A stretch of DNA of 62,862 nt, filler included, from 4 parts of 4 records of this genome joined end to end with filler, not necessarily neighbours in it; one strand, 5' to 3'. Counted from the first letter of the whole stretch, positions 1 to 10,087 are shown. Numbers and translations: made by a program. Notes: generated from the sequence alone by a model not told the origin.

Positions 1-82
1 CGAGCCGATTTTTTCAACAACATCCGCCCATATCGTCCAAACACCACGATCAGAGAAACAGTAGCACAGCCACTCCCCCCTC

Positions 83-694
83 TCACCCAATCGCCTCGAC
101 GATCTTGCGCAGTTCGGCGGTTTTTGCGCCCAGCAGGAGGACGTTCTTCAGCGCGGTCTTGGGGTCGGCGGTTCGGAACAGGACGCCGTTTTCGCGGACG
201 TCGCGGTTGATAACCTGCCGCGGTTTCTCGCCGTTTTCGTCCTTCTTCATCGCCACCGCAAAATACATCCGCGCGTAGTTGGGATCTATGTGATTGAAGA
301 ACTGCTCGTCAGCGGTGATTTCGGCCGTGAAATTGGCGATGTAAAACCCCCAATTGACACCCTTGTATTCGGCAAAGTCGGCTTTCGACGCCGTCACATG
401 GACATAGCCAAGGTGCGGTGCCGTAGCCAGCGTCTTGTGAAAAATGATTTTTGGAAACTTGATGTCGGTGTGAAAATTGTTCAGCCGCTGATGCGTCTTG
501 GTGCCAACGGCTTCGAGCCGGCTGCCGGTTCGCTCCGCGACCTCTTCATCGGTCAGGAAGCGCCGCTCTTCCTCGACCCAGTCCTCCTCCTTGCGGGCGA
601 TCCGCCCGGTTCTCAGGAAGTTGGTGTGGACCGCCTTTTCAGGAACAGGCGCCTGGCCTGCCGCCTTGGCCGCATAGTATTTGAACTTCGACAT
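83..694 (-). CDS. Conserved-hypothetical-type protein (203 aa), function not recognised
   Basis: Clean ORF with GC3-biased codons and protein-like composition (HLGYVHVTAS, WGFYIANF, NGVLFRT). No catalytic motif recognised. Confidence 0.7.
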   Translation of the reverse strand: MSKFKYYAAKAAGQAPVPEKAVHTNFLRTGRIARKEEDWVEEERRFLTDEEVAERTGSRLEAVGTKTHQRLNNFHTDIKFPKIIFHKTLATAPHLGYVHVTASKADFAEYKGVNWGFYIANFTAEITADEQFFNHIDPNYARMYFAVAMKKDENGEKPRQVINRDVRENGVLFRTADPKTALKNVLLLGAKTAELRKIVEAIG

Positions 695-942
695 CGAGAA
701 CGTGCTCTATTTTGTTTGGCTAATGTATGATGACAAAGGGTTAAAGGAATCCTGCAGGCACCGCACAAACGGGGCAATGCGGCATGCGCCGGGCTGCAAG
801 ACTCACCGTAGCATACAATGACGCCTTGCAGCGAGTGCGTTCAGGATTGGAAAGCGCTCCGGGCAGTCAATGCCTCTCCGGTCAAGACCAGGCCGTGACA
901 GGTGATGAGGCAAGCGGTTCGTCAAACCTGGCGCGCGCGCCC

Positions 943-1878
943 TCACCGCCCCTCAAGCGCCAGATAAACTGCATGGGCGATCATCACATCGAGATGCGCG
1001 CCGCCGCCATTCTTGAACACGGTGATCTCGTCGGTGGAGCCGCGTCCGGCCCTGGCCTGCACCAGATCATGCATGTCGCCCTGGATATCGGCCTTGCTGA
1101 TCACGCCTGACGCCATCGGGATCATCACCTCGCCGATATGGCCTACCGTGGTGGCATAGCTGTCGACAAACAGCCGGCCCCGCGTCAGGGCAGCATCGTC
1201 GGCCTCGCGCATCAAGGGCGTGTAGGCGCCGACGAGATCAACATGGGTTCCCGGTCTCAGCGCGTCACCCCGGATCAGCGGCTCGGTCGACATCGTCGCC
1301 GAGCAGATCAGGTCCGCACGCGACACCGCCATATCAAGGTCGCCCACCACTTCGGCCGCAATGCCGTCCGCCTCGAGCGAGCGCACCAGCGCCGCGGCCC
1401 GGCCCCGGTTGCGGTTCCAGACCAGCACCCGGTCGAGGCTCGGCCGAACCGTGCGGTGCGCGTCAATCAGCGGCCGCGCCATTGAGCCGGCGCCAACCAT
1501 CAGCATGGTGCGCACATCAAGCCGCGACAGGCACGACGAACCAAGAGCGGAATCCCCTGCCGTCTTCCAGGCCGTCAGGTCAACGCCTTCAAGCACGGCG
1601 ACCACATGGCCCTGCGCCTCGTCAAACAGCAGCACCTGGCCTTGCACAGAAGGCCGCGGCGGCGCTAGCGACGGGTTGTCGGGATAAATCGTCACCGCCT
1701 TGACCCCTGAGGCCAGCCCGGCAATCCAGGCCGACCGCACCAGCATCTTGCGGCCTGCATTTTCGACCAGGGAATCCTTCAGCTCGGCCGGCGCCAGCAG
1801 ATGGCCGGCGCGTAGCGCCTCCACGGCAAACGGCCACGAACAGACCGAACGGATATCGTCTCCGGTAACAATGCGCAT
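943..1878 (-). CDS. Ornithine cyclodeaminase / mu-crystallin family protein
   Basis: GVKAVTIYPDN, LTAWKTAGDS, Rossmann VGAGSMA, PGTHVDLVGAYTP and FKNGGGAHLD motifs. Confidence 0.9.
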   Translation of the reverse strand: MRIVTGDDIRSVCSWPFAVEALRAGHLLAPAELKDSLVENAGRKMLVRSAWIAGLASGVKAVTIYPDNPSLAPPRPSVQGQVLLFDEAQGHVVAVLEGVDLTAWKTAGDSALGSSCLSRLDVRTMLMVGAGSMARPLIDAHRTVRPSLDRVLVWNRNRGRAAALVRSLEADGIAAEVVGDLDMAVSRADLICSATMSTEPLIRGDALRPGTHVDLVGAYTPLMREADDAALTRGRLFVDSYATTVGHIGEVMIPMASGVISKADIQGDMHDLVQARAGRGSTDEITVFKNGGGAHLDVMIAHAVYLALEGR

Positions 1879-2107
1879 GATCAGTCCCTTGGTTGAAGCA
1901 ATGCCAAATCTCCGCCTGTTGTAAAGCGGGTCGCGGTTTCAATGAAACATGATTCACCAAAATACGCGTTCGAAATCTGACATTTTTTTGACAAGGAGGC
2001 CGCAAATTGCGCTCCGAAATCAACAGGAACCGCGCCAAGCTGCCACAAACGAAACCGGCCGGCGACAAGATCACCGGCCAGCAGGTTCAGGCATGTTCTT
2101 TGAAGTG

Positions 2108-2545
2108 CTACTTCCTGGTCTGCCCCATCATCACCTTGCGGGCCTCTTCAAGCGTGTCCTGCATGTTCTGCTGCAGCACCTTGAACGCCTCGGTCGAGGA
2201 TTTCTGCGCCAGGCCGGCAATCTCGCTGGTGTTCTTGATCGCAGTCTCGAACGAGCGTTTGGCGAATTCGGTCTGCGCCGTCATCATCGCCTGCGGATCA
2301 GTGCCGCCCTTCATGTTCTCGGCCATCGCCGTAATTTCATTGAGCGCTTCCTGCACCATCTCGCGCTGACGCGTCACGATGGCGGAAGCCCCCGAACCAG
2401 CTGTCTTGGCTGCGGTATCAAGCACCTCGAGGTTCTTCTTGTGCCGCGCCACCAGCGCCTCAAGGTCTGGCGAAGGAAGCTTCATGTCCTTGCCGAAATT
2501 CATGAACATGGACACCAGATCATCGGTGGCTTTTTTGTCGGTCAT
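2108..2545 (-). CDS. phaP: Phasin family (PHA granule-associated) protein
   Basis: Helical 145-aa protein (PDLEALVARHKKNLEVL...RQREM...SFETAIKNTSEIAGL) typical of TIGR01841-type phasins. Start taken at MTDKK, which has a GGGAGAG SD upstream. Confidence 0.8.
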   Translation of the reverse strand: MTDKKATDDLVSMFMNFGKDMKLPSPDLEALVARHKKNLEVLDTAAKTAGSGASAIVTRQREMVQEALNEITAMAENMKGGTDPQAMMTAQTEFAKRSFETAIKNTSEIAGLAQKSSTEAFKVLQQNMQDTLEEARKVMMGQTRK

Positions 2546-2633
2546 GGAAACTCTCCCGGTTGCGGCAGGATCATCCCCGCCGATTGCAATTGCCCCGACT
2601 ATACAGATCCGGCGCACAAGCCCCAACGGAAAT

Positions 2634-2645
2634 TGCAGCGCGCCA
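2634..2645 (+). promoter_or_regulatory. Putative PhaR/AniA box upstream of phasin
   Basis: TGCAGCGCGCCA is 1 mismatch from the rhizobial PhaR consensus TGCRNYGCASMA and lies ~90 bp upstream of the phasin ATG. Confidence 0.5.
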
Positions 2646-2670
2646 TCGCTGTCCCAAGCCCATCATCACG

Positions 2671-3495
2671 TCATCTATGTTGCCGCTCCAGCACACGGCA
2701 CATGCGGTCGATCGCACGGCGAACCTCGGGCAGGTGCCGGTCATCCTGATGGGTAACGATCCATTGGTCGTGGGCAAGTTCCGGGATGGTTCCACCGGTG
2801 CGCCGCAAGGTGGTCTGCGCGTCACCGATGAATGTCGGCAGCAGCGCGATGCCCTTGCCCGCCAGCGCCAGATCAAGGCTGTTGCGCGGCGAACTGACCT
2901 CGCAGACGGCATCATTGCCGATCATCTTGCCAAGCCATCGCGCCGAGGGCGTGTCCGTCAAAACCTTCACCCACCGCTCCGGCGCATCGGCACGCGCATA
3001 GGGGGCGAACTCGATACGCGACACGCTGCGCCCCGCCAGACCATCCTCGGTGGGACGGCGGTTGCGAAACCCGATCACCACCTCACGCCGAGAAATATCC
3101 AGCGTGCTTTCGGTCGAAATGAACCGCAACCGGATATCGGCGGGCGTGCCGGTGATTTCATCGAGACTGTCGAGCAGCGCCAGCGTCGTCCAGGACCCGG
3201 CGGACACCTTGACCAACTGCCGCTTGGTATCGCCGGGCGAGCCGGTCAGCCTGACGATGCGGGCTTCAATTTCGCTCAGGTCATCTAGCAGCTGGCGCGC
3301 TTCGGCGGTCAATTCGTATCCGCGGTCATGCCGGACAAACAGCTCCCGACCCATCGCCCGCTCAAGCGCCAGCATGCGCCGCCCCAGCGTCGCCGCACTC
3401 CGCCCGGTCGCCCGTGCGGCGGGAGACAATCCTCCTTCGCGCGCCACCGCCAGGAAAAGGTGAAGATCATCCCATCCGGCCTTCGTTTCACTCAT
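2671..3495 (-). CDS. LysR-family transcriptional regulator
   Basis: N-terminal HTH WDDLHLFLAVAREGGLSPAARATGRSAATLGRRMLALE...LFVR and C-terminal GKGIALLP / WIVTHQD. Confidence 0.92.
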   Translation of the reverse strand: MSETKAGWDDLHLFLAVAREGGLSPAARATGRSAATLGRRMLALERAMGRELFVRHDRGYELTAEARQLLDDLSEIEARIVRLTGSPGDTKRQLVKVSAGSWTTLALLDSLDEITGTPADIRLRFISTESTLDISRREVVIGFRNRRPTEDGLAGRSVSRIEFAPYARADAPERWVKVLTDTPSARWLGKMIGNDAVCEVSSPRNSLDLALAGKGIALLPTFIGDAQTTLRRTGGTIPELAHDQWIVTHQDDRHLPEVRRAIDRMCRVLERQHR

Positions 3496-3607
3496 GAAAA
3501 GACCTGTTCATTTCGTTTCATTCCACACGAGACAATGAGCCATTAAGGTCGGCTCAGGTCAAGCCTCGAGACAATGCCACCGACGGCCTGGAACGAGAGG
3601 AAACATC

Positions 3608-3889
3608 ATGCACGAGAACATTGGCAGGAAAGGCCACGGCCCCAAACCCTTCCCCGACGCAAGGCAGTCCAGCGCCTTGAGCGAGGAAGACGCATTCATG
3701 CACACCCACGGCGGATGCGGCAGCCGGGCAATCTACGCGATCGTCATGTGTGTTGAAGCAGGCTTCAATGCGGCCTGGCGCATACCGGCCGCCATCATGA
3801 AGCGAGCGGGCCATATGAGGGCGAACGGGATTGGAAAAGGCAACGCACCATCTGCTGCCGAAACAGCTCGTCTCATTCACCACAAATGA
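3608..3889 (+). CDS. Possible small hypothetical protein (93 aa) divergent from LysR
   Basis: Strong SD (GAGAGGAAA) just before the ATG, and the position expected for a LysR target. No recognisable domain. Confidence 0.4.
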   Translation: MHENIGRKGHGPKPFPDARQSSALSEEDAFMHTHGGCGSRAIYAIVMCVEAGFNAAWRIPAAIMKRAGHMRANGIGKGNAPSAAETARLIHHK

Positions 3890-3995
3890 GCAGGCGGCGC
3901 TAATTTGCACTTCACTTCATGTGAATGTTTCCGATATTTATCAGAGTCTTACAAAGACAAACCGACTCAATTTGCCACCAACTTGAATCAGTGCC

Positions 3996-4601
3996 TTATA
4001 CAAGCGATGTCGCGATTGCCGGAGCTTCGTCGACGGCGAACGGAGGCGCAGGAAAGTTCCGGTTCTCCAGCTTGCGGGCGGCGAGCCGCAGTCCGTCGGC
4101 AACATTGATGCGCCCGATAGACTGCTCCCCGGCAAACTGCATCTTGGCGCCAAACCTGCGTGCCAGCGCCTTCATCGCATGATTCTGCGCACCGGTTTCG
4201 ACGATGATGGTGGACACATCATTCTCCGAGGCCGCCCGCAGCAGCACCTTGAGCAGGATCGTGCCAAGCCCCTTGTGACGCCAGTCGGACGCAACCGAAA
4301 AGGCCGACTCGCCCTGACCGGGTTCTATCCGCCCGCCGGTGTGCAGCTCTGCCACAGCAACCAGATGATCGTCGGCAAAGGCACCGATGACGATGGCCTC
4401 GTTCAGCGATCTGGCGATGTATTTGTCGAGCCAGTAGTCCGACACCAGGCCGTTGAAACGGTCCCGAAAATCCTCAAAATGAAGTTCGTGAATGTGGGTG
4501 CGGAAAGCTTCCGCGTCCGCAGGCCCCAGATATCTCAGTTTGATATCATCGCCGAGGGCAAATTGCGGATCACGCGGTTTGAACAGAAACTTCAAGAGCA
4601 T
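3996..4601 (-). CDS. GNAT family N-acetyltransferase
   Basis: Motif A ESAFSVASDWRHKGLGTILL and motif B QNHAMKALARRFG. Confidence 0.88.
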   Translation of the reverse strand: MLLKFLFKPRDPQFALGDDIKLRYLGPADAEAFRTHIHELHFEDFRDRFNGLVSDYWLDKYIARSLNEAIVIGAFADDHLVAVAELHTGGRIEPGQGESAFSVASDWRHKGLGTILLKVLLRAASENDVSTIIVETGAQNHAMKALARRFGAKMQFAGEQSIGRINVADGLRLAARKLENRNFPAPPFAVDEAPAIATSLV

Positions 4602-4651
4602 TGTCGACCTCCAAAGGTCATTCCTCCCGAATTGTCCTGATCACGATCTAA

Positions 4652-4663
4652 TGCTGCAGCGCA
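4652..4663 (-). promoter_or_regulatory. Putative PhaR/AniA box upstream of GNAT
   Basis: Minus strand reads TGCGCTGCAGCA, an exact fit to TGCRNYGCASMA, ~50 bp upstream of the GNAT ATG. Confidence 0.55.
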
Positions 4664-4876
4664 ACAAAATCAAGACACAAATATGTGACTAAAGTAATAG
4701 GCCGTGATGGACGCGCGTGTCCCGCCCGTCCGAAATTGCATGGTCCCGGCTTGGCCAGATGGCCAGCGCTGCCCGCACCGGCAGCATCAGTTCGCGCGAC
4801 CGAGTGCAGTCCACTGTTCGCTCGACACGTTTCATTGTAGTAAAATGATTGCCAACCTCCGGCCCGGGATCCGATT

Positions 4877-6121
4877 TTGCAGCACGAACCATTCTTCGCC
4901 TTCAATTCCTACCACATAGCACTGGCAGTCATCGGCGTGATCGTCATCCTTGCCCGCTGGTTGCCGCGTCTCATCTCCAAACGCGAACCGGCGGCAGCCC
5001 CGCTGATGATCCTGTTCGGTGCCGGGGCCGCCTTGCTGATTCCGGGACTGCCGACGCTGCCCGATCCACGCCAGACGCCGCTGCCCTGGGAGCTGGTGAG
5101 CGAACTGACGGTGATCGTGGCCCTGTTCGGCGCCGGTATGCGCATCGACAGCCTGCGTCCCTGGAGACGCTGGAAAGCAACCTCCCGCATGCTCGGGATC
5201 GCCATGCCCCTGACCATCCTGGCCGTTGCCCTGCTGGGCACCGGCTTTGCCGGGCTGACGGTGGCTGGTGCGATACTGCTCGGTGCTGTGCTGGCGCCGA
5301 CAGATCCGGTCCTGGCAGCCGATGTGCAGGTCGGCCCGCCACATGAAGGGGCGGAGCACCCGGTGCGCTTCACCCTGACCACCGAAGCAGGCCTGAATGA
5401 CGGGCTGGCATTCCCCTTTGTCTATCTCGGGCTGATCGTGGCCGCCGAAGGCCTGAACCCCGGCGTCTGGGCGCTGGACTGGTTTCTGCGCGATATCGTC
5501 TACCGCATCGCGCTGGGAATCGGCATGGGCTGGCTCGGCGGTCGGGCGCTGGGGTTTGTGCTTTTTTCAGTGCCAAAAGGCGCTGTTCTCGCCAACACCA
5601 GCTCGGGCGTCATCGCGCTGGCGGGTGTGCTGCTCTGTTATGGCTCGACCGAACTGATCGAAGGCTATGGCTTCATTGCCGTGGCGGTGCTGGGGCTGAC
5701 ATTGCGGCGGATCGAGGAGGATCATCCCTTCCATCGCCAACTGCATGATTTCTCGGAATCCATTGAACACGCGCTCACCGCACTGCTTCTGATCGCGCTG
5801 GGCAGTGTCCTGCCGATCCTGTTTGTCGATCTGACCTGGACCCACTTTGCCATGGCGGTTTTGCTGATATTGGTCATCCGCCCGCTGTCGGGATGGATCG
5901 CTCTGTCGAAGACCGATCTCGACAATCGAAGCCGGGCGGTGATTTCCGTTTACGGTGTCCGCGGCATCGGCTCGATCTACTACCTGTGCTACGCGGGCAG
6001 CCATGTGGAGTTCACGAATGAAAGCCAGCTCTGGTCCCTCATTGCGCTCGTCATCCTGATGTCAACAATCCTGCACGGCTTCACCGTCGGCTGGGCCATG
6101 GATCGCCTGAAAGAAGATTGA
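4877..6121 (+). CDS. NhaP-type (CPA1) cation:proton antiporter
   Basis: Many TM segments; LAPTDPVLA, EAGLNDGLAFP and GVRGIGSIYY motifs. TTG start is uncertain. Confidence 0.9.
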   Translation: MQHEPFFAFNSYHIALAVIGVIVILARWLPRLISKREPAAAPLMILFGAGAALLIPGLPTLPDPRQTPLPWELVSELTVIVALFGAGMRIDSLRPWRRWKATSRMLGIAMPLTILAVALLGTGFAGLTVAGAILLGAVLAPTDPVLAADVQVGPPHEGAEHPVRFTLTTEAGLNDGLAFPFVYLGLIVAAEGLNPGVWALDWFLRDIVYRIALGIGMGWLGGRALGFVLFSVPKGAVLANTSSGVIALAGVLLCYGSTELIEGYGFIAVAVLGLTLRRIEEDHPFHRQLHDFSESIEHALTALLLIALGSVLPILFVDLTWTHFAMAVLLILVIRPLSGWIALSKTDLDNRSRAVISVYGVRGIGSIYYLCYAGSHVEFTNESQLWSLIALVILMSTILHGFTVGWAMDRLKED

Positions 6122-6243
6122 TCCCCGCGGCGCAGGTCCGGAATACCGGACGGACTGCAAGTTCACGGTTTTTATGATGCCCCGCGCAACCTGCTGGCAT
6201 GTCCGGCGTCCGGCTTTGAGCGCGGTGAATCGAAACCGCCGTC

Positions 6244-9200
6244 TCAGGAGTTCAGACGGATCGCCCGCGACAAGCTTTCCGCCAGATCCCGCGCATAGGT
6301 CGAAAACGCCATGATCTCGAAACTGTCGCCAGCGGTCCGGGTGAGCTGCACCGGCACATGACCAAACAGGGTCGGCGCGCTTGCCCCGATCTTGAACGTC
6401 GCCGGATCCGTGTCAGCCCCGGACTGGGTGGCAATGATCTCGCTCGCCTCCGGCCCAGACATCGAAAACCGCACCCGCGCATCCGACAGATCGCACAGGC
6501 TCAATCCCGACGCGGCGCCAAGCCGGGCGGCCAACTCGGCATAGCCCTCGCCCGCTTTGCCGACAGCCAGCGCCTGCCCCGGCTGCACCGGACGCAGCAG
6601 CCCATCACCGGCCTTGACCGCGCGCCGCACCGCCGCCGATTTGGCAACTGGCCCGGCCACCAGACAGACCGGCGCATCGGGCAATTGCCTGAGCCACACC
6701 CTGTCCGAGGCACTGACAATGAGGCCTTCAAGCAGGTCCGGCACCACAGGTTCACCAGCGACGACCGGCTGATGCGCCCGCCCCGGACGCGTCCCGCCAC
6801 CATCTGCTGCATTCCAAAACACCGGTGCGCAAACCGTCACCTCGGTTTCAATGCCCCGCAACCCGTCCCAGACCACCAGCGTTTCGCCATGCCGCGCGCG
6901 CCCGCGCGTCAGCATCGCCAGCGCGATGGTGGACTTGAGATGCGGCGACCAGCAGGCAGAGGTCACATGGCCCTGGTCATTGGCCATGCTCGGATCCGTG
7001 CCCGGCGCAAGCAGATGCCCGCCAGCCAGAATCCTATGTTCCGGATTGACCGAACGCAGCCCAACCAGCTGCTCGCGATCCTCGCGCTGCAAGCCTTCAC
7101 GGCCAAGCATCACCCGGCCAATGAAATCATCCTTCTTGGTGCTGACCATCTTGCCCAAGCCCAAATCGCCCGGCGTGGTGCGCCCGTCAATCTCGGAATG
7201 GGTGATAAAGCCCTTCTCGATCCGCAGCACATTCAGCGCTTCCAGCCCGTAAGGCGTGATCCCGAATGGCTCTCCCGCTTCCATGATCGCATCGGCCACC
7301 GCCTCGCCGTGCCGCGCAGGCACCGCCAGTTCGAACGCCAGTTCGCCCGAGAATGAAATCCGGAACAGCCGCGCTGCCAGCCCCGAATGCAGCCGAACTT
7401 CGCGCACCGCCAGAAACGGCAGCGCCGCCTCGCTGAGATCTGCATCAACGATCCGCGCCAGTACATCGCGCGACGCCGGACCGGCAACCGTGATCTGCGC
7501 CCACTGGTCGGTCACCGAAGCGAGCCGCACATCGAGTTCCGGCCACAGAGCCTGCGCGCAGAATTCCAGATGCGCCATGGCTTCGCCGGCGGCAGCCGTG
7601 GTGGTGGTGATCAGATAATGGCTCTCGCCCAGCCGGCTCACCGTGCCGTCATCCATCAGCAAACCGTCTTCGCGCAGCATCAAGCCGTAGCGCGCCTTGC
7701 CGACGCTGAGCGTCGACATCTTGCCGGTGTAAATCAGATCGAGAAACTTCGCCGCATCCTTGCCCGACAGATCGATCTTGCCCAGCGTCGAGGCATCGGA
7801 AATCCCGACGCCGGCTCGCACAGCCAATGTCTCGCGGTCGCAGGCCTGTTTCCAGCCTGTTTCGCCCTCACCCGGGAAATGCGACGCCCGCATCCAGGCC
7901 CCGGCCTCGATGAACACCGCACCGTGTTTTTCGGCCCAGCCATGCAACGGCGAGCGCCGCACCGGGCGGTAATGTGCGCCCCTGTGCTCGCCCGCCAGCG
8001 CCCCGATGCTCACCGGCGTGTAGAACGGCCGGAATGTCGTGGTCCCGACCTGGTCCGGGTTCAGTCCCCGGTTCTCGGCAAGGATGCCGATGGCGTTGAC
8101 ATTGGACAGCTTGCCCTGGTCGGTGGCCATGCCGGTGGTGGTGTAGCGCTTGGCGAGCTCGACATGGCCATAGCCCTCGCGCACCGCCAGCCCCAGATCG
8201 GACACGGTGACATCGTTCTGGAAATCGACAAAGGCCTTGCCGCGTGCCTCGCCCACATGCCACAGCGTCGCGAACCCGACCGATCCGCCACAGGCTTCGC
8301 GTGACCCCGGCACATCGACTTTGCGCGGTTTGAACCCGAGCTCGCTCGCCGCCCGCGCGCCCTCTTCGGCCCCACTCTTCAGGCATCCTGCCAGATCAAG
8401 AACACCCGCTGCACTGCCGGCAGCGTTCAATCCGTCGCGCTGCTTCGGCGGCAGGAACATGCCTGCGCGCTCGTTCCACACCGGCCTGTCGCCCCGATGA
8501 CAGGCAAGACCCACCACCGGGTTCCAGCCGCCCGACATCGCCAGCGCGCTGACCTTTATCCTCTGCCTATTGCCCGATGCCCGGTCGACCACCTCGACGC
8601 CCGACACCGCCTTGCCGCCGATGGCATCCGCCACCACATGGCCCTTGAGCACTCGCGCGCCGTCAGACGCCGCAAGTTCCGCCGCAGGAATATCCGTGCG
8701 CACATCCACAACCGTCACTTCAAGGCCGCGCGTGAGCAGATCCCGGGCTGTCTCGTGCCCGGAGCCGCCGGTGGTAAACACTGTCACATGATCACCCGGC
8801 CGCACTGCCTGGCCATTGACCAGGCCGCGCATCACCGACGCCGTCATCACGCCGGGCCTATCATTGCCGCCAAACACCAGCGGCCGCTCTTCAGCCCCCG
8901 CCGCCAGCACGGCCCGCTTGACCACGATCCGCCAGACTCGCTGCACCGGTCCGGATACTTCGCCATCGCGCCGCTCGACTGCGCCATACACACGGCTGTC
9001 ATAGGCACCAAACACCGTGGTGTTTGTCAGCATCCGCACATTTGCATTGCCTGCCAGCTCGGCGATCACCGCCGCAACGAATCCCGGCCCGTCCGCATCG
9101 CCGATCTCGACGCGGTCCTTTAGCAACCGCCCGCCAAAACCCGCATTCTCGTCGCACAGCACCACCCGCGCGCCCGATCGCGCCGCCGCCAGTGCCGCCA

Positions 9201-9744
9201 TCAGCCCAGCAGGCCCGGAGCCGATTACCAGCAGGTCGCAATGCGCCCAGCGCTTTTCATAGTCTTGCGCGTCTGGCACATGGCTGGCGCGGCCCAGGCC
9301 CGCCGCCCGGCGGATCACAGGCTCGTAGAGCTTTTCCCAAAGGGCTGCCGGCCACATGAAGGTCTTGTAGTAAAACCCGGCGCCCAGAAACGGCGACAGC
9401 GTCTGGTTCACCGCACCGACGTCAAAACCCAGCGACGGCCAGCGGTTCTGGCTTTCCGCCACCAGACCATCGCGCAACGCCACCATCGAGGCACGCAAAT
9501 TCGGCTCCCGCGCCGCGCCGTCACCCAGCGTCACCAGCGCATTCGGCTCCGACGCCCCGCCGCTGAGCAACCCGCGCGGCCGGTGGTATTTGAACGATCT
9601 GCCCATCAGGCTCACGCCATTCGCCAAGAGCGCAGAGGCCAGCGTATCGCCGGCAAAGCCCTCAAGCCGTTTTCCATCGAATGAAAAGCCGATTGCGCGC
9701 GACCGGTCGATCAGCCCGCCATCCTCAAACCGGGAAAAGCTCAT
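6244..9744 (-). CDS. soxA: Heterotetrameric sarcosine oxidase family alpha subunit fused in frame to a gamma subunit
   Basis: GDTLASALLANG, GRSFKYHRPRG, KRYTTTGMATDQGKLSN, TTFRPFY and RISFSGELAFE (GcvT-like). The last ~180 aa (DLSDARVRFSMSGPEA...FEIMAFSTYARDL) are SoxG-like. Confidence 0.92.
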   Translation of the reverse strand: MSFSRFEDGGLIDRSRAIGFSFDGKRLEGFAGDTLASALLANGVSLMGRSFKYHRPRGLLSGGASEPNALVTLGDGAAREPNLRASMVALRDGLVAESQNRWPSLGFDVGAVNQTLSPFLGAGFYYKTFMWPAALWEKLYEPVIRRAAGLGRASHVPDAQDYEKRWAHCDLLVIGSGPAGLMAALAAARSGARVVLCDENAGFGGRLLKDRVEIGDADGPGFVAAVIAELAGNANVRMLTNTTVFGAYDSRVYGAVERRDGEVSGPVQRVWRIVVKRAVLAAGAEERPLVFGGNDRPGVMTASVMRGLVNGQAVRPGDHVTVFTTGGSGHETARDLLTRGLEVTVVDVRTDIPAAELAASDGARVLKGHVVADAIGGKAVSGVEVVDRASGNRQRIKVSALAMSGGWNPVVGLACHRGDRPVWNERAGMFLPPKQRDGLNAAGSAAGVLDLAGCLKSGAEEGARAASELGFKPRKVDVPGSREACGGSVGFATLWHVGEARGKAFVDFQNDVTVSDLGLAVREGYGHVELAKRYTTTGMATDQGKLSNVNAIGILAENRGLNPDQVGTTTFRPFYTPVSIGALAGEHRGAHYRPVRRSPLHGWAEKHGAVFIEAGAWMRASHFPGEGETGWKQACDRETLAVRAGVGISDASTLGKIDLSGKDAAKFLDLIYTGKMSTLSVGKARYGLMLREDGLLMDDGTVSRLGESHYLITTTTAAAGEAMAHLEFCAQALWPELDVRLASVTDQWAQITVAGPASRDVLARIVDADLSEAALPFLAVREVRLHSGLAARLFRISFSGELAFELAVPARHGEAVADAIMEAGEPFGITPYGLEALNVLRIEKGFITHSEIDGRTTPGDLGLGKMVSTKKDDFIGRVMLGREGLQREDREQLVGLRSVNPEHRILAGGHLLAPGTDPSMANDQGHVTSACWSPHLKSTIALAMLTRGRARHGETLVVWDGLRGIETEVTVCAPVFWNAADGGGTRPGRAHQPVVAGEPVVPDLLEGLIVSASDRVWLRQLPDAPVCLVAGPVAKSAAVRRAVKAGDGLLRPVQPGQALAVGKAGEGYAELAARLGAASGLSLCDLSDARVRFSMSGPEASEIIATQSGADTDPATFKIGASAPTLFGHVPVQLTRTAGDSFEIMAFSTYARDLAESLSRAIRLNS

Positions 9745-10073
9745 GATTTCGCCCTCCCCTTGGCGGCCTTCGCCGCTTTGCCTTTCGGACTGACCTTCGC
9801 CGCCCGCGCCCGGGTAAACTCCGCGGCGTCCGTCACCCCATGCACATCATGCGTAAACGTATCCCGGTCCACCACCAGCCAGCGCCGGCAGCCGCCGGAA
9901 TGCTGCCAATGCTCATGCATGACGCCACGAACGTTATCGCGCAAATGCACGAACTCGTCCCAGGCGGCAAATTTCGCCTCCGGCGCAGGCCGTACCGGCT
10001 TGGCGTCACCGCGAATGGTGAATTCCTCTTTCGGACGGACCCCGCAATGGGGACAGGTGATCAGACTTGCCAT
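9741..10073 (-). CDS. soxD: Sarcosine oxidase delta subunit
   Basis: MASLITCPHCGVRPKEEF...EHWQHSGGCRRW zinc ligands. GGGAGG SD; ATGA overlap with soxA. Confidence 0.93.
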   Translation of the reverse strand: MASLITCPHCGVRPKEEFTIRGDAKPVRPAPEAKFAAWDEFVHLRDNVRGVMHEHWQHSGGCRRWLVVDRDTFTHDVHGVTDAAEFTRARAAKVSPKGKAAKAAKGRAKS

Positions 10074-10087
10074 ATCGCCGCCCTCCC

